This document shows positions 1 to 14,470 of a stretch of 64,000 nt of DNA, piece by piece. Every line of letters begins with the position of its first letter. Within the stretch, counting starts at the first letter, position 1. A model generated the notes under the pieces. The model made no database searches. It worked only from the letters and a program-made list of their open reading frames with translations, and was not told the origin of the DNA. Source of the stretch: Bigelowiella natans CCMP2755 (taxonomy: Eukaryota; Protista; Cercozoa); NCBI GenBank assembly GCA_000320545.1, contig ADNK01000413.1, positions 1-64,000 of the forward strand, in the 5' to 3' direction. Both the position numbers and the translations under genes were made by a program.

Positions 1-86
1 GAGTTCCCAATTGTTAGGGAGTTATATTTTAAATCACAAGTTCCTTCCGTAATACAGTATTGGCCAAATAAATAGGTTGATTTTTT

Positions 87-87
<1 letters not shown>

Positions 88-149
<62 letters not shown>

Positions 150-156
150 CCCCCCC

Positions 157-242
<86 letters not shown>
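88..242. repeat. (CT)n microsatellite interrupted by a poly-C run
   Basis: Directly visible. Similar (CT)n, (CA)n, (TA)n and (GAT)n tracts fill many host introns, e.g. 3076-3150, 12642-12714, 17656-17745 and 32420-32553. Confidence 0.95.
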
Positions 243-246
<4 letters not shown>

Positions 247-1450
247 TGGGTCACTTCGTCGTGGGAGACAACAGTATGATTTTCGCTTCCATATTCTACG
301 ACAATGAATCAGGATTTACGCAGATAAAAAGCATACATTGAGGGAGCGATAACCTAACTGGCTCAAGAAAGCTGTGTTTATTACCTACGACAATGGATAT
401 GTTCATCTTCGCTCTTGACCTATCATACAGGGACAACGTTTGTTATGGCAACGACTGAAATAAATTTCTCAAAAACTACCACAATGGATTGTGTCTCAGC
501 CTTCGAGGGCGAGAGACGACTGGAGTCGTTACGACACTTTTGTTTCTTCTATCGATCTCTCCACTCATTGGCTTCTCCGGGCTGGCAACGGCATCGTTGA
601 CAAACCCTCCTCCTAAGATTAGGAGGAAGAGAGAGATCGACGTCATCGATCGGAAGGGGGCAGCGAAGTTGATGATGCGCGAATGCTCTTCTCTCTTTCC
701 GAGTAAATTATTGTCGCACTTAGAATTGATAGGACATTTTAGTAATATTCGTGAATACAAGCTCAGGGTGCTCCAACTGGGAAAATCGCTATGTCGTTAA
801 AGCTTAATGTCCTCCCATATCTAACATTCTTCAAGATCGACTAATTACATGCATTTTCCATTCTTGAGTAGATCTAGAACTTTTTTTCTTCAAGTTGTTT
901 GCGCGCGAAGGAAACCCTGTCGCAGCAAACAATTAGATGTAGGGGGATCGTCGTATGTATCAAAATTAATGCCTTCTCTCTCCTTTTTCTTCTCGGAGTT
1001 TGGAAAACATGGACGTTTAGGCCCGCTTTGTGTGCTATGCCAAGGCACAAAATCGGATTCTATGCCTCAGGCACAAACACTGTAGAAAGAAATTGCGGCA
1101 CGGTTTCATTTTCGAAGAAAATCCAGATGTGATAGTTGTCGTTCAACTATAAACACACTGTTTCCTCCAGATGTTGTAGAGTTCTCAGATTTCTCTCGAG
1201 TTTGAAACTTCCTTTGGATGGTCTATCACACTTGGAGCCAGAAGTGATCGCGTTGATCATACAAAATGAATGATATTTCTTTGTGAAGACAAAAAATAAT
1301 ACCGCACATTCATGACATTTATTCCTGTTTCAAAAAAATAAAGGAGGGAAATTCGGTCTTAGTTGAGATACACTCTCGCACATCACAATCTAATTCCTCA
1401 CCTCTTCCATAGTGGCTTTTGGTTAGATTCATCACAGTCTAAAAGTGAAC

Positions 1451-2049
1451 ATGTCCGCGAAACCAAAAAACGAAGACCTTGGGGGCCTTGACGAGGAGTT
1501 GAAAGACGATGAAAAAATCACTTTAGTTTCTAAAGACAGCAAAAGTATCCAAGTGGTCAAGAAATATGCATTCATATCACAGGTCCTCTTCATGAAATAA
1601 GTATATAAGTTGGCCATCCCTTATTCTATTCTCTTTAGGTCATCAAAACAAGTCTTGAAAACGACTCCGATTCCAAGAATCTCCCAATTATGGGTGTAAT
1701 GGCTGAGACCCTTGAATCCATTGTGGAATACATGAACCACCACCAGGGAACTGAGCCTGCGATTATTGATAAGCCCCTCCGCAATAAAAAAATGTCTGAG
1801 AATGTCAAAGATAAATGGGATGCACCATTCATTGACGGAATAACCGAAAAGAGTAAACAGGCTCTTTACGACCTCATCCTTGCAGCCAACTATATGGACA
1901 TCAAAGCTCTTCTTCATCTCGGATGTGCCAAAGTTGCTAGCCTGATTAAGGGCCAACCTCTAGAAAAAATTAAGGAAATTCTTGACCCCAAGAACAAGGC
2001 TGAAAAGAAGGACGAGTCAAAGGAGGCGAAGAAGGCTGAAAAGGCATAA
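1451..2049 (+). CDS. SKP1: SKP1-family protein (SCF ubiquitin ligase subunit); 2 exons, 1451-1582 and 1639-2049
   Basis: Exon 1 encodes ITLVSKD. A GT-AG intron at 1583-1638 is phase 0. Exon 2 carries the SKP1 signature LYDLILAANYMDIKALLHLGCAKVASLIKG. Confidence 0.93.
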
Positions 2050-2139
2050 TCTTGGAAAGTTACATCATTCATATGTAGTTTTCAGGCTTTAATTAAATCC
2101 TGTAAAAACCACAGATTTCACCATATCGAGGCATTGGTG

Positions 2140-2640
2140 CGCATGCACAGCGGTCTGCATTCTCTAGTTTTAGAGTTGCTGATACACATGTATGCGGTGA
2201 CATATCTAGACATAGCCGCCGCCGAGACGCACTATGTACGCTAGTACGGCACGATGCGCGCTGCGCCATCGTCCAGCTAGCGCCAGATCTAGCAGATGTC
2301 CAGATTCCAAGCTAGCACATTGCGCAAATCTGCTACATGCATGCTAGCATGCTAGCATCTAGAGCATGGCATGTGCCTGTTGGTCGCAGTTCTAGAGTTG
2401 CCCATGCATATCTTAGTTGCACATGTCTATAGCTAGATAGACACACATCTATGCTAGCTGCTAGCATGGAGATCAACAAAGCTAGAAAGTCTAGAAGTAG
2501 TTGATGAATTTAATTCGCGTCATGCTATAGCGATGATAGCTAGTAGCTTGCACAGCTACCAAGTAGTCTTGCGTGTAATAAGGGTGACCACACATCTAGA
2601 CATGAATGCGATGAGGTCGAAGTTGCATCGCTAGATCGGA
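2140..2640. other. TpA-depleted, CTAG/TG/CA-rich intergenic patch between the convergent SKP1 and dynein 3' ends
   Basis: Most remaining TA lie in CTA/TAG context (gctagc, tctaga); catg and tgca are abundant. Boundaries approximate. Confidence 0.6.
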
Positions 2641-2766
2641 ATCATTAACTGTTAGAAATTTATTTGGAAATCACGACATCTCTTTGGCTTGAGTTGAGTG
2701 CAAAGTGCTCATTTAGAGCTCATCACCCATCTAATTTGTATGATCTAAGCTTTATCAACAATTCTC

Positions 2767-3073
2767 TCACATTGAAGAAATGAATAGTGCTGTGCCACCA
2801 AGTACGCATACTTCGTGGTACTTTGGATCGCAAGGTACGCCAAGCTCACATATGAAATCTTCTCTGCTGCCCATGAAATACATTGGTAATGCCACGTTAT
2901 TGCTAAAATTCCCTTTCTGAAGTTCTTCTTTATCAACCTGAGGTGAATATGCATGTGGTAAAATAGTCTTTTACCAGAAGGAAAAATCTAATAGAAAATC
3001 TATAGAGTTATCTATGAGAGTACATGAAAATAATCAATCACAAAATATTCTGTGAAACATCGTCTCACAAGCG

Positions 3074-3115
<42 letters not shown>

Positions 3116-3116
3116 G

Positions 3117-3156
<40 letters not shown>

Positions 3157-4232
3157 TGCGTCTCTCTGTTTCCGTAGATCTGCTGGCTCTGCTAAGTATG
3201 GAATAACAAACGGGTTGAATGTAAGAAATACCCATGAGACGATACAGTTCGGCATGGTCGTTAGTGAGGGACGATTAGCGTTTGGAACAGGGACTAACTG
3301 CCCGTTTTTGATTTCGCTGAATGAAATAATAATCAATCAATTTACAAGCATCAATATATATAATGCGTTCTAGCTATAAGTATGTACGACAGCCAAATCA
3401 AATACTGGCAATAACAAAAAAATATAATGCATACGGCATATCGACTGAAACATTCCCATTTCTGACAAATTCAAACTTATTATTCATTTTATCCTTATCA
3501 GGTGACCTGCCCTGGATGAGGATTCCTGTAATTTCAACTTGCAGGATGGCGGATTTTGGCATTTGTGCCCGATCAAGGCTACAGAAGAGTGCCAGCTTTC
3601 CAATTTGCACCTTTGCCTCACGTGCTGTCTGTTGCCTAAAAAAAGAAAGAGCACTTAGGAATAGCCACAATACATGTTGTCCTTGGTAGAATGATGAAAC
3701 TTATTCAGACCCCTGGATTCGTCAGGATGTCACACACTCCAAATCTTCATTGTTCTCATATGAGAAAAATCATTCGTTTTCTTTTCTTTCGTTTTTATCA
3801 TTTGTCCATGATTCAAAAGAACATGCACATATACTCCTGCCACCTTAAAGAATTAAAGAAAACTTCAATCTGGAAAAGATCAGCAAGGCACAACGGGGCA
3901 CCGAATAAAGACCCCGATTCTATCCTGTATAGAGTGGGCAGAGAATATATGCGAAAGGGTGTTTTACGCTCAACAATCTCAATGTTCTTCATACAAGCTT
4001 AGGCGCCCACAACTCCTCCTCCTACTGATTCCCATTTGATCTCTACTGACCTCTCTATCCAGGAGTGCAAAGCAACTTTCCTCTTGACAACTTCTCTGAT
4101 CCACGCCTGAACATTAGATACAATATGTGAATGTGGTTGGGATAAACATATGTGCTGCTATTAACTTGAAAATATATACTACATTACTTTTTTGCACGGG
4201 TGCACGTCCGCGTGCATGCAAGCACACAGGAG

Positions 4233-4271
<39 letters not shown>

Positions 4272-7015
4272 TCGGCTCTTCTGGTCCCCACCAGTTCTTG
4301 GCCCATGCCCACGGCACCTTGCCTTTCAACAAATCCTCACCATCTTTCTGTGGATTGAGAACAAAAAACAAGCAATCTGTTACCACTTCTCACAGTTCAT
4401 CAATCATTACGATCACCATCGATCCGAGCAACACCTACTACCTCGATTTGTGGCGTCAAACTGCCCGTTTTATAGAGCACAGAATCTAGGCCCCCAAGAG
4501 AGTGCGATAAGATCGAAATGAGCTTCCAGGTGCGTCCCATTTCGCCATACACGAATCCATCCACAGGATTCATGGTCAATACCTTCTCGTCCATGCTGAT
4601 ATGAATTGATGAGAAAGGAGAACACACGACACAACAACTAAGGTAAGCTGCAATCCAGCGATGTGCGGATACATCATATTCATTCTTGATTTCCATCGAA
4701 AAGGCAAATTACATTGGCGGTTTTTGGCTCAACAATGGATTCTGCTTGGCAGTGTCCCAGACTTTGAAAACTCCCTTGAGTTGATTCCTCCACAATGCCT
4801 TATTGAAGTTGCTCGAGAGTGATGTTGAAACGGCTAGCTTCCGAAGCTGAACAGCTACTTGACGAGTGCGCTTCTGTACAACCAACCTGTGTACGTGCAC
4901 ACACACGCGCACACCGACACACAAATTCAATATCTACGAAGCCTAGCGCGTTTACTGATACGTCGTAATTACGAATTTGCTTCTTACCCTTCGTCGATAT
5001 TGTTTGGAAGGCCAAACATTGCAGGATTGTCATTTGCTGACAGTGACTTTATAAACTCTACATAATCCCTATGCGACTTGGAGTCAGGGATTACACGACA
5101 TCCTGGGGCAAGCGAGGCTCGTGGGGGGGACGACACCTTGTAAGGGTAGCAACATTAAGTAGGAAACAGGTGGGTTGACGATCGACCCACAATACACACC
5201 AGAATACATTTTTCAATATCTAAATTTTCCTTCTGTGTAGCACATCACTCAGTACATCTCCTTAGGAATTCTCTCTTCCTTCCCCACACAAACTACAACT
5301 TATTATTGCGTGTGTCAACGCTGTGTCGTTACTTGGTTCTTATTGAAGTAGCGGTTGAGATACGTATCAAGGATTTTGAGATCATGCTTTGAGTCGATTC
5401 TGCCCCCATAGATCGCTGTCTTAAACAAGCCCAACAACGTCTCCCACGGCACGCTCTCTGGCGTCGCGTTGTCGGCCACAATTTCATCGATAATATCTGA
5501 GCCACTCCGGAGATCTGCGTTGGAAAATTCGTAGAACTTCGTCCATCCCTGGGGCACGTAAGTACGACGCTCTTGCACTATGGCGTGGAACCAAGCCAGG
5601 ATGAACAGGAGCTTCGCGCGGAGCTTACCGCCTTTGGCGATGTAAGCGGGGGACCAGTTGCTGAGGAATTAGGAGGTGTGTGTGATGGAGGTGGTGGTGG
5701 GGGGGGAGGGGGGCAATGCTGGGTGTCGTAGCTAATTCGCCTTTTAACGAGGATCGTGGCCACATGTCCACGCACACAACGCCTTGATTAAAGTGTATAA
5801 TTACCTATAGGTTCTGAGAAGGTTCTCCTTTATTCCAGGGGGTGCTTCGAACGAGATCTTCAGACTCTGCTCTAGCAGAATGGGGGGGAAATTAGAGTGC
5901 GTCTCCGTTGTCAACCAGATCCGGAAAGACGGTTGCGCGCTTTGACTTAGGGATTTGACCAACTTCTCGAGGTGTGGGAGCCACGTTGTCACAAGGTGCA
6001 AGTTTTTAAGCAGGACCATGCCACCCGTGCGCGCGGCCTCCGTAACAAGCTTTTTGTCAAAAGAAAGATAACGGTCAGAACAACCCCCCTCGCTCCTTTG
6101 TTGAGAAGAAAGTGGTGACATGTAGTAGAAAGATGTGGTATGGAAGTATAAACATGTTGGTGTGTTGCAGTACTCCATTGCGAAAATTCGCATGATCACC
6201 TTTACAGCCACTTCTCCCTGCCCAGACCCCATTGCGAGTTGCTTGAATTTGTCTTTTCCGACTTGACTCACAGCAAATTCTTCAATGTCTCTAGATGGGT
6301 CCGCCCCTGCGCTCGTCATGAAAAGTATAGGGGTCGTCTTTGACGCTCGAGTGTTAAGATCCTCCATATCTGTGTGGAATTTCCGAACAAAATACTGAGT
6401 TGCATATGGCCGCACCACAAAGGAATGGATCGCGTCGAAAGTACAACGAAAAATAAATGCTGAAAAAGTGGACGTTGAAAAACGAATAGGCCCTCTTTCC
6501 CGATTCATTCCATATAATTCTTGACGGACGATTAACAATGGTACGCACTTGTCGGAGGCGGTGCGAGGTATTCCTTCCCTATGAGGCCACAGCAGAAGAT
6601 CTTCATGGCCTCTATCACGCGGTCTGGTCGGAGCGCTTGAACAACGAGCAACCGCTGGAACGCTGAGATATGCCCAGGCCCACCTTTGATGGTCTTCGGA
6701 AAGTCTTGGACGGTCTCACAACGTGGGGCCTTCATGAAAGAGGCCCATTCGGTGTTGTCGATGTTGAGAGTGGCAACGAGCGACGGGAATGAGGCCTGCA
6801 GGGCTTGGAATCGCGCGCAAGTCGAAGCGGGGAGTGACTGCGACATCCACTCTGGGAGTTGCCCTTTGGCCTCAAGCTGGACGGACTGTCAAAAGTTGTT
6901 GTTAAAGTGGAAGAAATTGAGGATGAAGGAGAAGCTCGTGCAATCTGTAAAGTGACTATTTGTATTAGCAGCTGTTGCTGTAATTGCTGAACAAATCTCC
7001 CTCACCCTTTCCCCC

Positions 7016-7063
<48 letters not shown>

Positions 7064-7692
7064 ATGTGCACCGTTCAAAATCAAACATTTGGCGTCTCCA
7101 TTGTCGTATTCACGTTGTGACAACCTGTCCGGTGAAGAACTCCCATTCCTCTCCAGCAAATCTCTTGTGAAACATGCAGTGCGTAAGATGCATCCCGAAC
7201 ATCAATCGGTCCTCTTTGAACAGCGAAAGCACTACATAGTCGAAGATCCTGATCAAAGGAGATGCTCATTAGAGAGAAAGAGAGAGAGAGAGGGGGGGGG
7301 GGGGGGGGGGGGGAGTTAACATACGGCAACGTGGGGAGAAGGTGTCTCTGAATCTTTAATTCGGTATAAGTCAAAAAGAATAATTTGAAGCTATATCCTT
7401 TCGCACCTGACAACGAGGCTTCTACAAAGGCCACGAATACGCTGCTTGACTGCATCCTTAGAATCTCCAGCCTTCTCTCTTTGGGCTGCTAAGTTGACTC
7501 GGAAGATATCCAGGAACGCGGAAAGGCTGTAGCAAAGAATTCCAAAAGTAGTAATAAGTGGAGAATTTGAAGAAATCACCATCGATCAGCATGGCCCAAC
7601 AACTGATGCACCAACCTCATCAAACAAGTAGACTATTGACCATCTGCTGCTGCAGCAGCTGCAACGTTGACGACGACGACGACGACGACGAG

Positions 7693-7731
<39 letters not shown>

Positions 7732-10700
7732 ATCACACACGCATCCACACACACACACGCACGCACCTGTAGCGGTACATGTGGTTGACCGCATGGAGTT
7801 GTGCAATCGTGAAATAGAGCCGAGAGCCCGCTCTGGCGATAGGGCGGTAGATGTTTCGCTTGTTGTCAAGGTCCTCGCCAACCTGCTTGCTTTTCTGCAG
7901 AGCCTCTGCGATCACGATCGCCTGTTTTTTGGTCTTGTTGAGAGAGCTGATGAGGGCCTTGTTCTCCAGAATGTCGCCCTCTGAGTTTGCGAGCTCGCTT
8001 AGCAGTGACTCCTCCAATTGTGCGATCTGAATTTTCATGTCTTCTTCCTCCTTGAGCAGCGCGGACTTGCGCGTCTCAAGCTCTGGCATTTCACGGCTAA
8101 GAGTGATACCCAGCAATTGCCCTTCCAGCCCCGATCGTGTAATGGTAAAATTACACTCAGTAATCAAGGCCGACATGTCAGGGCTCAAGTGCGCAGTAGC
8201 AGATCTTGTAGCCAAGAACAAGCGGAAGTTTTCGTTATAGTCGAGTATCTTATCGCCAACCTGGACAACCCAGCGCGGTCCCTGCCGAGTCAAATCTTTG
8301 CGAATCACCTGATGCAATGAAAACAGAGGTGATGTTCAGGGCACCAATGCAGTATAAAGTTTTAGCATGCATTGCTGATACATATAGCATTCTATGTAAA
8401 AAGTGATTGCGATACCGGGACGAGGATTGGCTCGATCGCGTCGACCTCAAGCACAACGAGCGTTTTACCAAATCTCACTGCGAGCTCAAGTGCGTTCACA
8501 AATCGAGCTTCTTGCTGCATGACTACCTCCACCGAACTATTCTTCTTCAGCTCCTTCTGAAGCCATTTTGTTGCTTGAGTGTTGGGGTCTATGATAAAGG
8601 GCGTCTGCGATGTGTTGCGAATTATGAGTGCGTTTTGCATCGAAAGAAGATCTCCGGGGAGGCCATCTGCTTTGAACTTGAGCATTTCGCTCTCGCTCGA
8701 CATGAACTTTATGAGGTCAAATTTGCGAATGTTGGCGAGTTTCATCCACTTTGAAAGCTCTTCCTCGCGCTCACTCTCCGCCTCACCTCCAAGATACCTG
8801 CCATTTATGTAGAACAACCGGTTATTTGTGAAGGGATGGAACGGCCGAAGAGAAGTCTACACTAGGTAAGTTGCGTTGGTTCTTACGTGATGAATCCTGC
8901 CGCGAGGAGCGCATTGAATGGCACCTCGCTGAGGTCTGCTGATAATTGTTTGACCTGCCCCTGCCAGCGGCTTTTCTCACCGCTCAATTTACCGATCAAG
9001 CTCTGTGCGGAATTCAAAATGGTCTCGGTTTTGTTAAGCTCGATCTTGAGCACCTGTGCTTCCTCTGTCGTTTTCTTGAATGTTTGATTTAGCCGCTTCA
9101 CCTAAAATAAATGACGGGAGAGGTCATTCTTGTTTCATTATCATCATCGTCATCCGCCTACCTCATCTTCCAAGTCCTGTTTTTCCTGCTTGCAGCGCGC
9201 GAGGCGAGACTCTGCTGCTTTTAGTTTTTGTGTTGCAGCGGCCTGTTTGGCCTCCAACGGTTTTACGTTGTCCAGCACTTCAGAGTAGGTAAGATTTGCC
9301 TTCACCCACGAAGCCATCGGGGCACAAGCCTGGTTCACACGCTGAATTCGTGCGGGCTCGAACGAATCGCCGGACTTTCGGATGAGGTCCCTCACTGAAG
9401 ATTCACGAGGTCAAGTCAGGTAAGAGAAACTTCCGATTTCTTATTTAGATTAAATACACACAAAAATTCTAAAGACAACGCACCCTTCGCCCGTATTTCC
9501 GGCGTTATATTCCTAGCATCGAACTCCATGATCGAGGTTTTGACATGTGGACTGCCCAAGAACTTTTTCATGTTGTTCCAGCTTGTGTCAAACTCCCCCA
9601 AAATGTACAGAACCGCTGATATCACATCCTGGATTGCATTAGGTGGTATTCGAAGGGCACGAATCTCGTTCAGATTCCTCTTATTAATGCCATTGACGGC
9701 CTTTTTCGCCTCGTCTATTAGCGGCTGAATTTCTTTGAGCTCGGCCTCGATCTTGGTGCGCTCTCCTGTGAGCTTTTCCTCCTCAACCTGCGTTTATCCG
9801 ACAAGAATGATGCAAATGTGTGTTTGTTCTATATGTCGTCGTCATCAATTTGTGGTAGTAATCTAGACATCAGAGAGTTGGAATATCATGGTGCAAGATC
9901 AGACGGATCCACCTCCACTACTTACTTCTATATCTTAATAGCTCGTCTAGAAGAACAACCTTAAGAGCCTTTTCTAGCGTGTCAGTTTCCTGTTTCCTCG
10001 TAGCTGAGAGTGCCATCCGCTGAGAAATAGTCTTGAGCTGGTCGTCCGCTTCCGCGTTTTTCTTCGTTAGCAGCTGCCTCTTGACAGTAGCTTCTCGGCT
10101 CATAATGTCAACCTTTTCACTGGCTTCAACAAGTTTATCCAGCCCGGCTTTCAACCGCTTAGTTTCCTCCAGCTTCACAGCACGCTTCGATCGTAAGATT
10201 GTCTCATACGTATTGAGGAAAGCAATAAATTCTAAAGGCGTGGAGCCTTTGCAGATGACTTCAATAAGCTTCACGACTCCGTCCTGCTGACCGGCAGAAC
10301 TTGCAGCTTTCTGGTCGACATTGACCTCCGCATCGTCGAGAAGCTCAAACAGCGATGAAAGTTTGAGCTGAGGTACCTGGCGCATCGTGTTTTGTGACCA
10401 TGATCCAAGCCAAAGAACGGTACAAGTTGTAAAGATGGCCGGATTGGACTCACAGCGAGAAGCAAACTCGGGATGCTCTGGGTTGAAGCTGAGCACCAAA
10501 CGGACGTTGCGATGCACGCGGGCCACAAAAAATTGATACACAGTCCGGTAGTTGCCATCGCGTTGAAAGTCATCTTTCAAAGGTGCAAGCAGCGGGTCGA
10601 GCTCCGCGGAGCTGAAAAGACCCGGAATTTCACCCGAGGCAAGGAGAGAATTCACAGCTTCGAGCATCACATTTTCAGTGATCTGGAAATCCTCTAGGTA

Positions 10701-12638
10701 GAGCAGAATCTTGGTGTTCTCAACTCCTGCCTTCCGAACCACATTTTGCATGTCAGCCTTAAACTGCTTCATTGTGTAGCCGCGGGACATTCTGGGAGAA
10801 AACACTTCCAAATGATGAATGTGCGCAACGACTGTGATTGTAGAGCGCCTCCCGACCCCCGATCTCCCCACCAATAGCAGCGAACCCCCAGGTTGCGAGA
10901 GGACACGGTCTTCAAAGGCAAGGATATCGAGCACTTGCGGAAACAGGATCAGATTCAGCATCTTATAGTCACGCTCATAGGTACGGATGGCGTCGCGGAC
11001 GAGTTCTTTAAAGTCCTCAACAGAGACCCTTGTCATCTCCTTTCCAAGCTCTTTTGGAACACCCAGGGCATTCTGAGACTTCTTGTCGTCCCCTCCTCCC
11101 GAGTTGACTGGTTCAGCTGCCTCGGATGCAACGAAAGACGCGAAGCACATGCCGTCAATTTTTACCTCATACTTCCATTTGTTGCGCAGAGTGCTGTGAA
11201 CAAGGCCTTTGAATTTCTGCTTATTGGCTTCCTCCACGAGGCGGTCCGCGAAGAGTCTGTGCGCTTCATAGGCCCATACATCGAGGAGTGACTGCGCAGA
11301 GAGGTCGTAGCGCATAAGATTGAAAATCCACCTGGTTAGATCACGTGGGCAAAATAGGTAATGGCGCTGCTCAGATGTGTTGAACTTCCGCCTCAGTTTC
11401 TGGTAGATATCAACAGAAGTTGCAGCAAGCTGCTGATGCGCCTGGGGCTTAGACCACGTTCCGCCCTGCACCATATCTCTCACCTCCGTGCGGTTGTATT
11501 TGATTGCTGCGGCCAGATAGTTTGTGTATATGGCCTTGAGCTGGTCTTGTGCCGGGTAATCGATGTAGCATATATTGACAATAGAAGTGAAGCGAGAGGA
11601 GAGTTTATTGCGGCCAACAGTTGTGCTGGGGTTCATACTCCCAACCACCTGCACCTTCTCGATACCAATCCAATCCAACGAGTCGTCATAGAATCCGTTG
11701 TATGTGATAAGCTGCTGCAAGAAAGAGATCAACTCGCTAGTATTGTATTGATCAGGCTTTGGCAGGTTCAGATTCCTGAGATAAAGGATGAGCCTTTCCC
11801 CGTCCTTTGGTCTCAGTACCCTTCCGCTGTTCGTGTTGAACATGCTGCAGCACTCAAACAGCTTCCCGATTACGTTTTTGGAGTCGGTCTGCGATGAGCA
11901 GTTGATCGTCGCGATGTTTGCCGCTTTTATCTCCGAGAAGGCGTGGCGGAGCAGCATCGTCTTCCCCGCGCCCTCAGGGCCCACTACGATGAATGGTCGT
12001 AGCGCTCGCAACCACGGCCTGATGATGTCGAGATTCGTTTGTATGTCCACGGTCTTGATCACAGGCGGTTCGGTGACCGAGATGTCATCAAAAGTGATGC
12101 TAGCATTCTCTTGTGCATAGCACGCAAGTCGGCTGGTCTTGCGGTCGTAGTAGCAGTTGAGGATGTTGCGAGGATCCGGAGGCTGGATTGACCCAAGAGC
12201 ATAGATACGCTTAGCAAACTCCTTGCGCTCCTGAGCGAAAGATCATAGGGTAGTAGATTCATGAGTGGGAGTGATGACAGCATTAGTAGGCCAGCTACAT
12301 AGATAGACACCACAATTAGCTTATTATGCCTTAGAAGAAGAAGAGTCTTCCTCTTCAAGCCATAATTATCCAAGGAAACTGTTGTACCTTAAGTTGCATA
12401 TTGGAACCGAGTCCACGAATAACACCTAATACGAATTCCACGCGGGTCTTGATTTCCCCTCCCTCGAGCTGTGAGAAGCATGATGTGACGAGACCAACTT
12501 TCGAAGTCTTGACCACCTGGCAATCCATCTTCAACACCCACTCGAGTGCTGAGTAGAAGATCGCGTCCATCCATTCTGATGTGAAGGCGAAAGTTATGTT
12601 GGATGAGTTTTAGGACGCTTTTTTGTTTTGGGGAGAGT

Positions 12639-12717
<79 letters not shown>

Positions 12718-13985
12718 CCAAACGCTGCCCCGCTTTACCAAATACCTGTGAGCTTTGCTCTGATCTCCTTGGGCTGCTGTCGGGAAATCCACGACGCCAC
12801 AAGCCCCTTGATGTCAACATCCTCTTCGCTTAGCAAGATCATACCCATTCGAGAGATGGTCGCTGGTGATGCGAACTGCAAATCGTGTGACTCGAAGATG
12901 AAGTTGACATTACTTCCAAACTGAATCCTTTCGCCATTAGGCATTGTGAGCAACTTGTTGTCGTCCAGCACCGAGTTAAGGGACTCGACCCAGACTGGAT
13001 CTATGTCACCATCGCAGAGAATCCACGAGTGATGTTCTGGAGGCTCTTTCATAACCTGTCGTGCGCTGGCTGTGAGCACGCCATCCTGCCACTCTCGCGT
13101 GTCGGGATCCATTTCCCCGAGCAGCTTGGTGCGGTCCATGGCCTTGGGATTCATTACGTGTGTAACGATTTTGCGCCCCATCTTGCCCAACGCATGTTTC
13201 AACACGCGCCACATTACGGACTTCCCGCACCCTAAGTGACACAAGCACAGGCGTAGAATTCATGTCCATGAGAACGATGAAGACGTGAGAAAGTATGAAA
13301 CGCCGACGTGAGACTACAACGTGCAGTAGTGAGCTCTTTTAGTCCTGTTTGATTCTTTTCTTCTTCTGCATTAGAATTACCTGAAGGGCCAACCACAACA
13401 CAACCCATTCTTTGATTCAACGCCGCGTGCAGTTGCAGCGCTTTCCTGATTTGCGAGTCATTAATCTCCAATTTGAGCTCTTGCAGACTTTGAACGATTG
13501 CCTTTTTCAGGTCGAGGTTCACAACCTCCTCCACCTTCAATCCCGAGAATACGTCCTGACACCAAGGAAACACACACACGAGAATCATCACACAGAAGTT
13601 GCTGATGTTGTTTTGTGCTGCACATCGCATCATGTAATGACGAGCTACTAACGCAGGAACATCATACCTGTACAAGCTGGTTGAATCTAACACCATCCGT
13701 ATATGTGAGCTTTGACAATGTATTGATGCACGCAGCGCCGACTAAAAGCTTGGCCTCCACGTTCCAATCAACCGTTCTCCCTGCTCTGCGCTCTTTTTGA
13801 ATTAACGCGCCTCCGTATCGCAACACCGTTTTCAGTGCGCGCAAGCCCCAGTCGTAGTGCTTTTGGCGGGATAATAGCTGTTTCGAAAGCTGGTAAACTT
13901 CGATGAGTTTGTGGCCAAGGTCTCTTGCGTGTTCAAATCCCTCCGCGTAGAGCATCACCTTGTGAAAGATAGTATATTATATATA

Positions 13986-14029
<44 letters not shown>

Positions 14030-14436
14030 CACGCACATTTTTCTATATTTTTTCAGATATGTTTATCTATAGCCGGATATTTGCTCTCTACATTCAATGA
14101 CGTCCAGCCCTCCCCAAAAAAGTGGTTGTGTGCTACATGATCACACCCATCTATGTATGTGCATAGTTGCAAAGATCCGAAAAGGAGGGGGAGTGCGGGA
14201 GGGATGTACCCACCTCTCCGATCAGCTTCATGTTTGGCTTTGACATGGCAACAGCACGGAAGAGCTGTTTTAAGTTGTGTGGTAGCTTCGACCGACCGCC
14301 GTATTCCTTGGAAGCTGGATTCATCGTGACAAAGATAGCAGCGTTCCTGTTTACCTCGACGGATGTGCCTAAAATCTCTGCCATCGGCTCGCCGTGTTTC
14401 AGAGCAGCCTTATGACAATGATTAAGATCAGGCAAA

Positions 14437-14470
<34 letters not shown>

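Noticed and set aside
77-307. ORFs made of [12 protein letters not shown] or YIYI runs throughout the host region
   Set aside because: They are translations of intronic microsatellites.
476-646. Possible first exon of a minus-strand secreted-protein gene (MTSISLFLLILGGG...) running off the window
   Set aside because: A signal-peptide-like start is plausible, but there is no recognisable domain or confident splice path.
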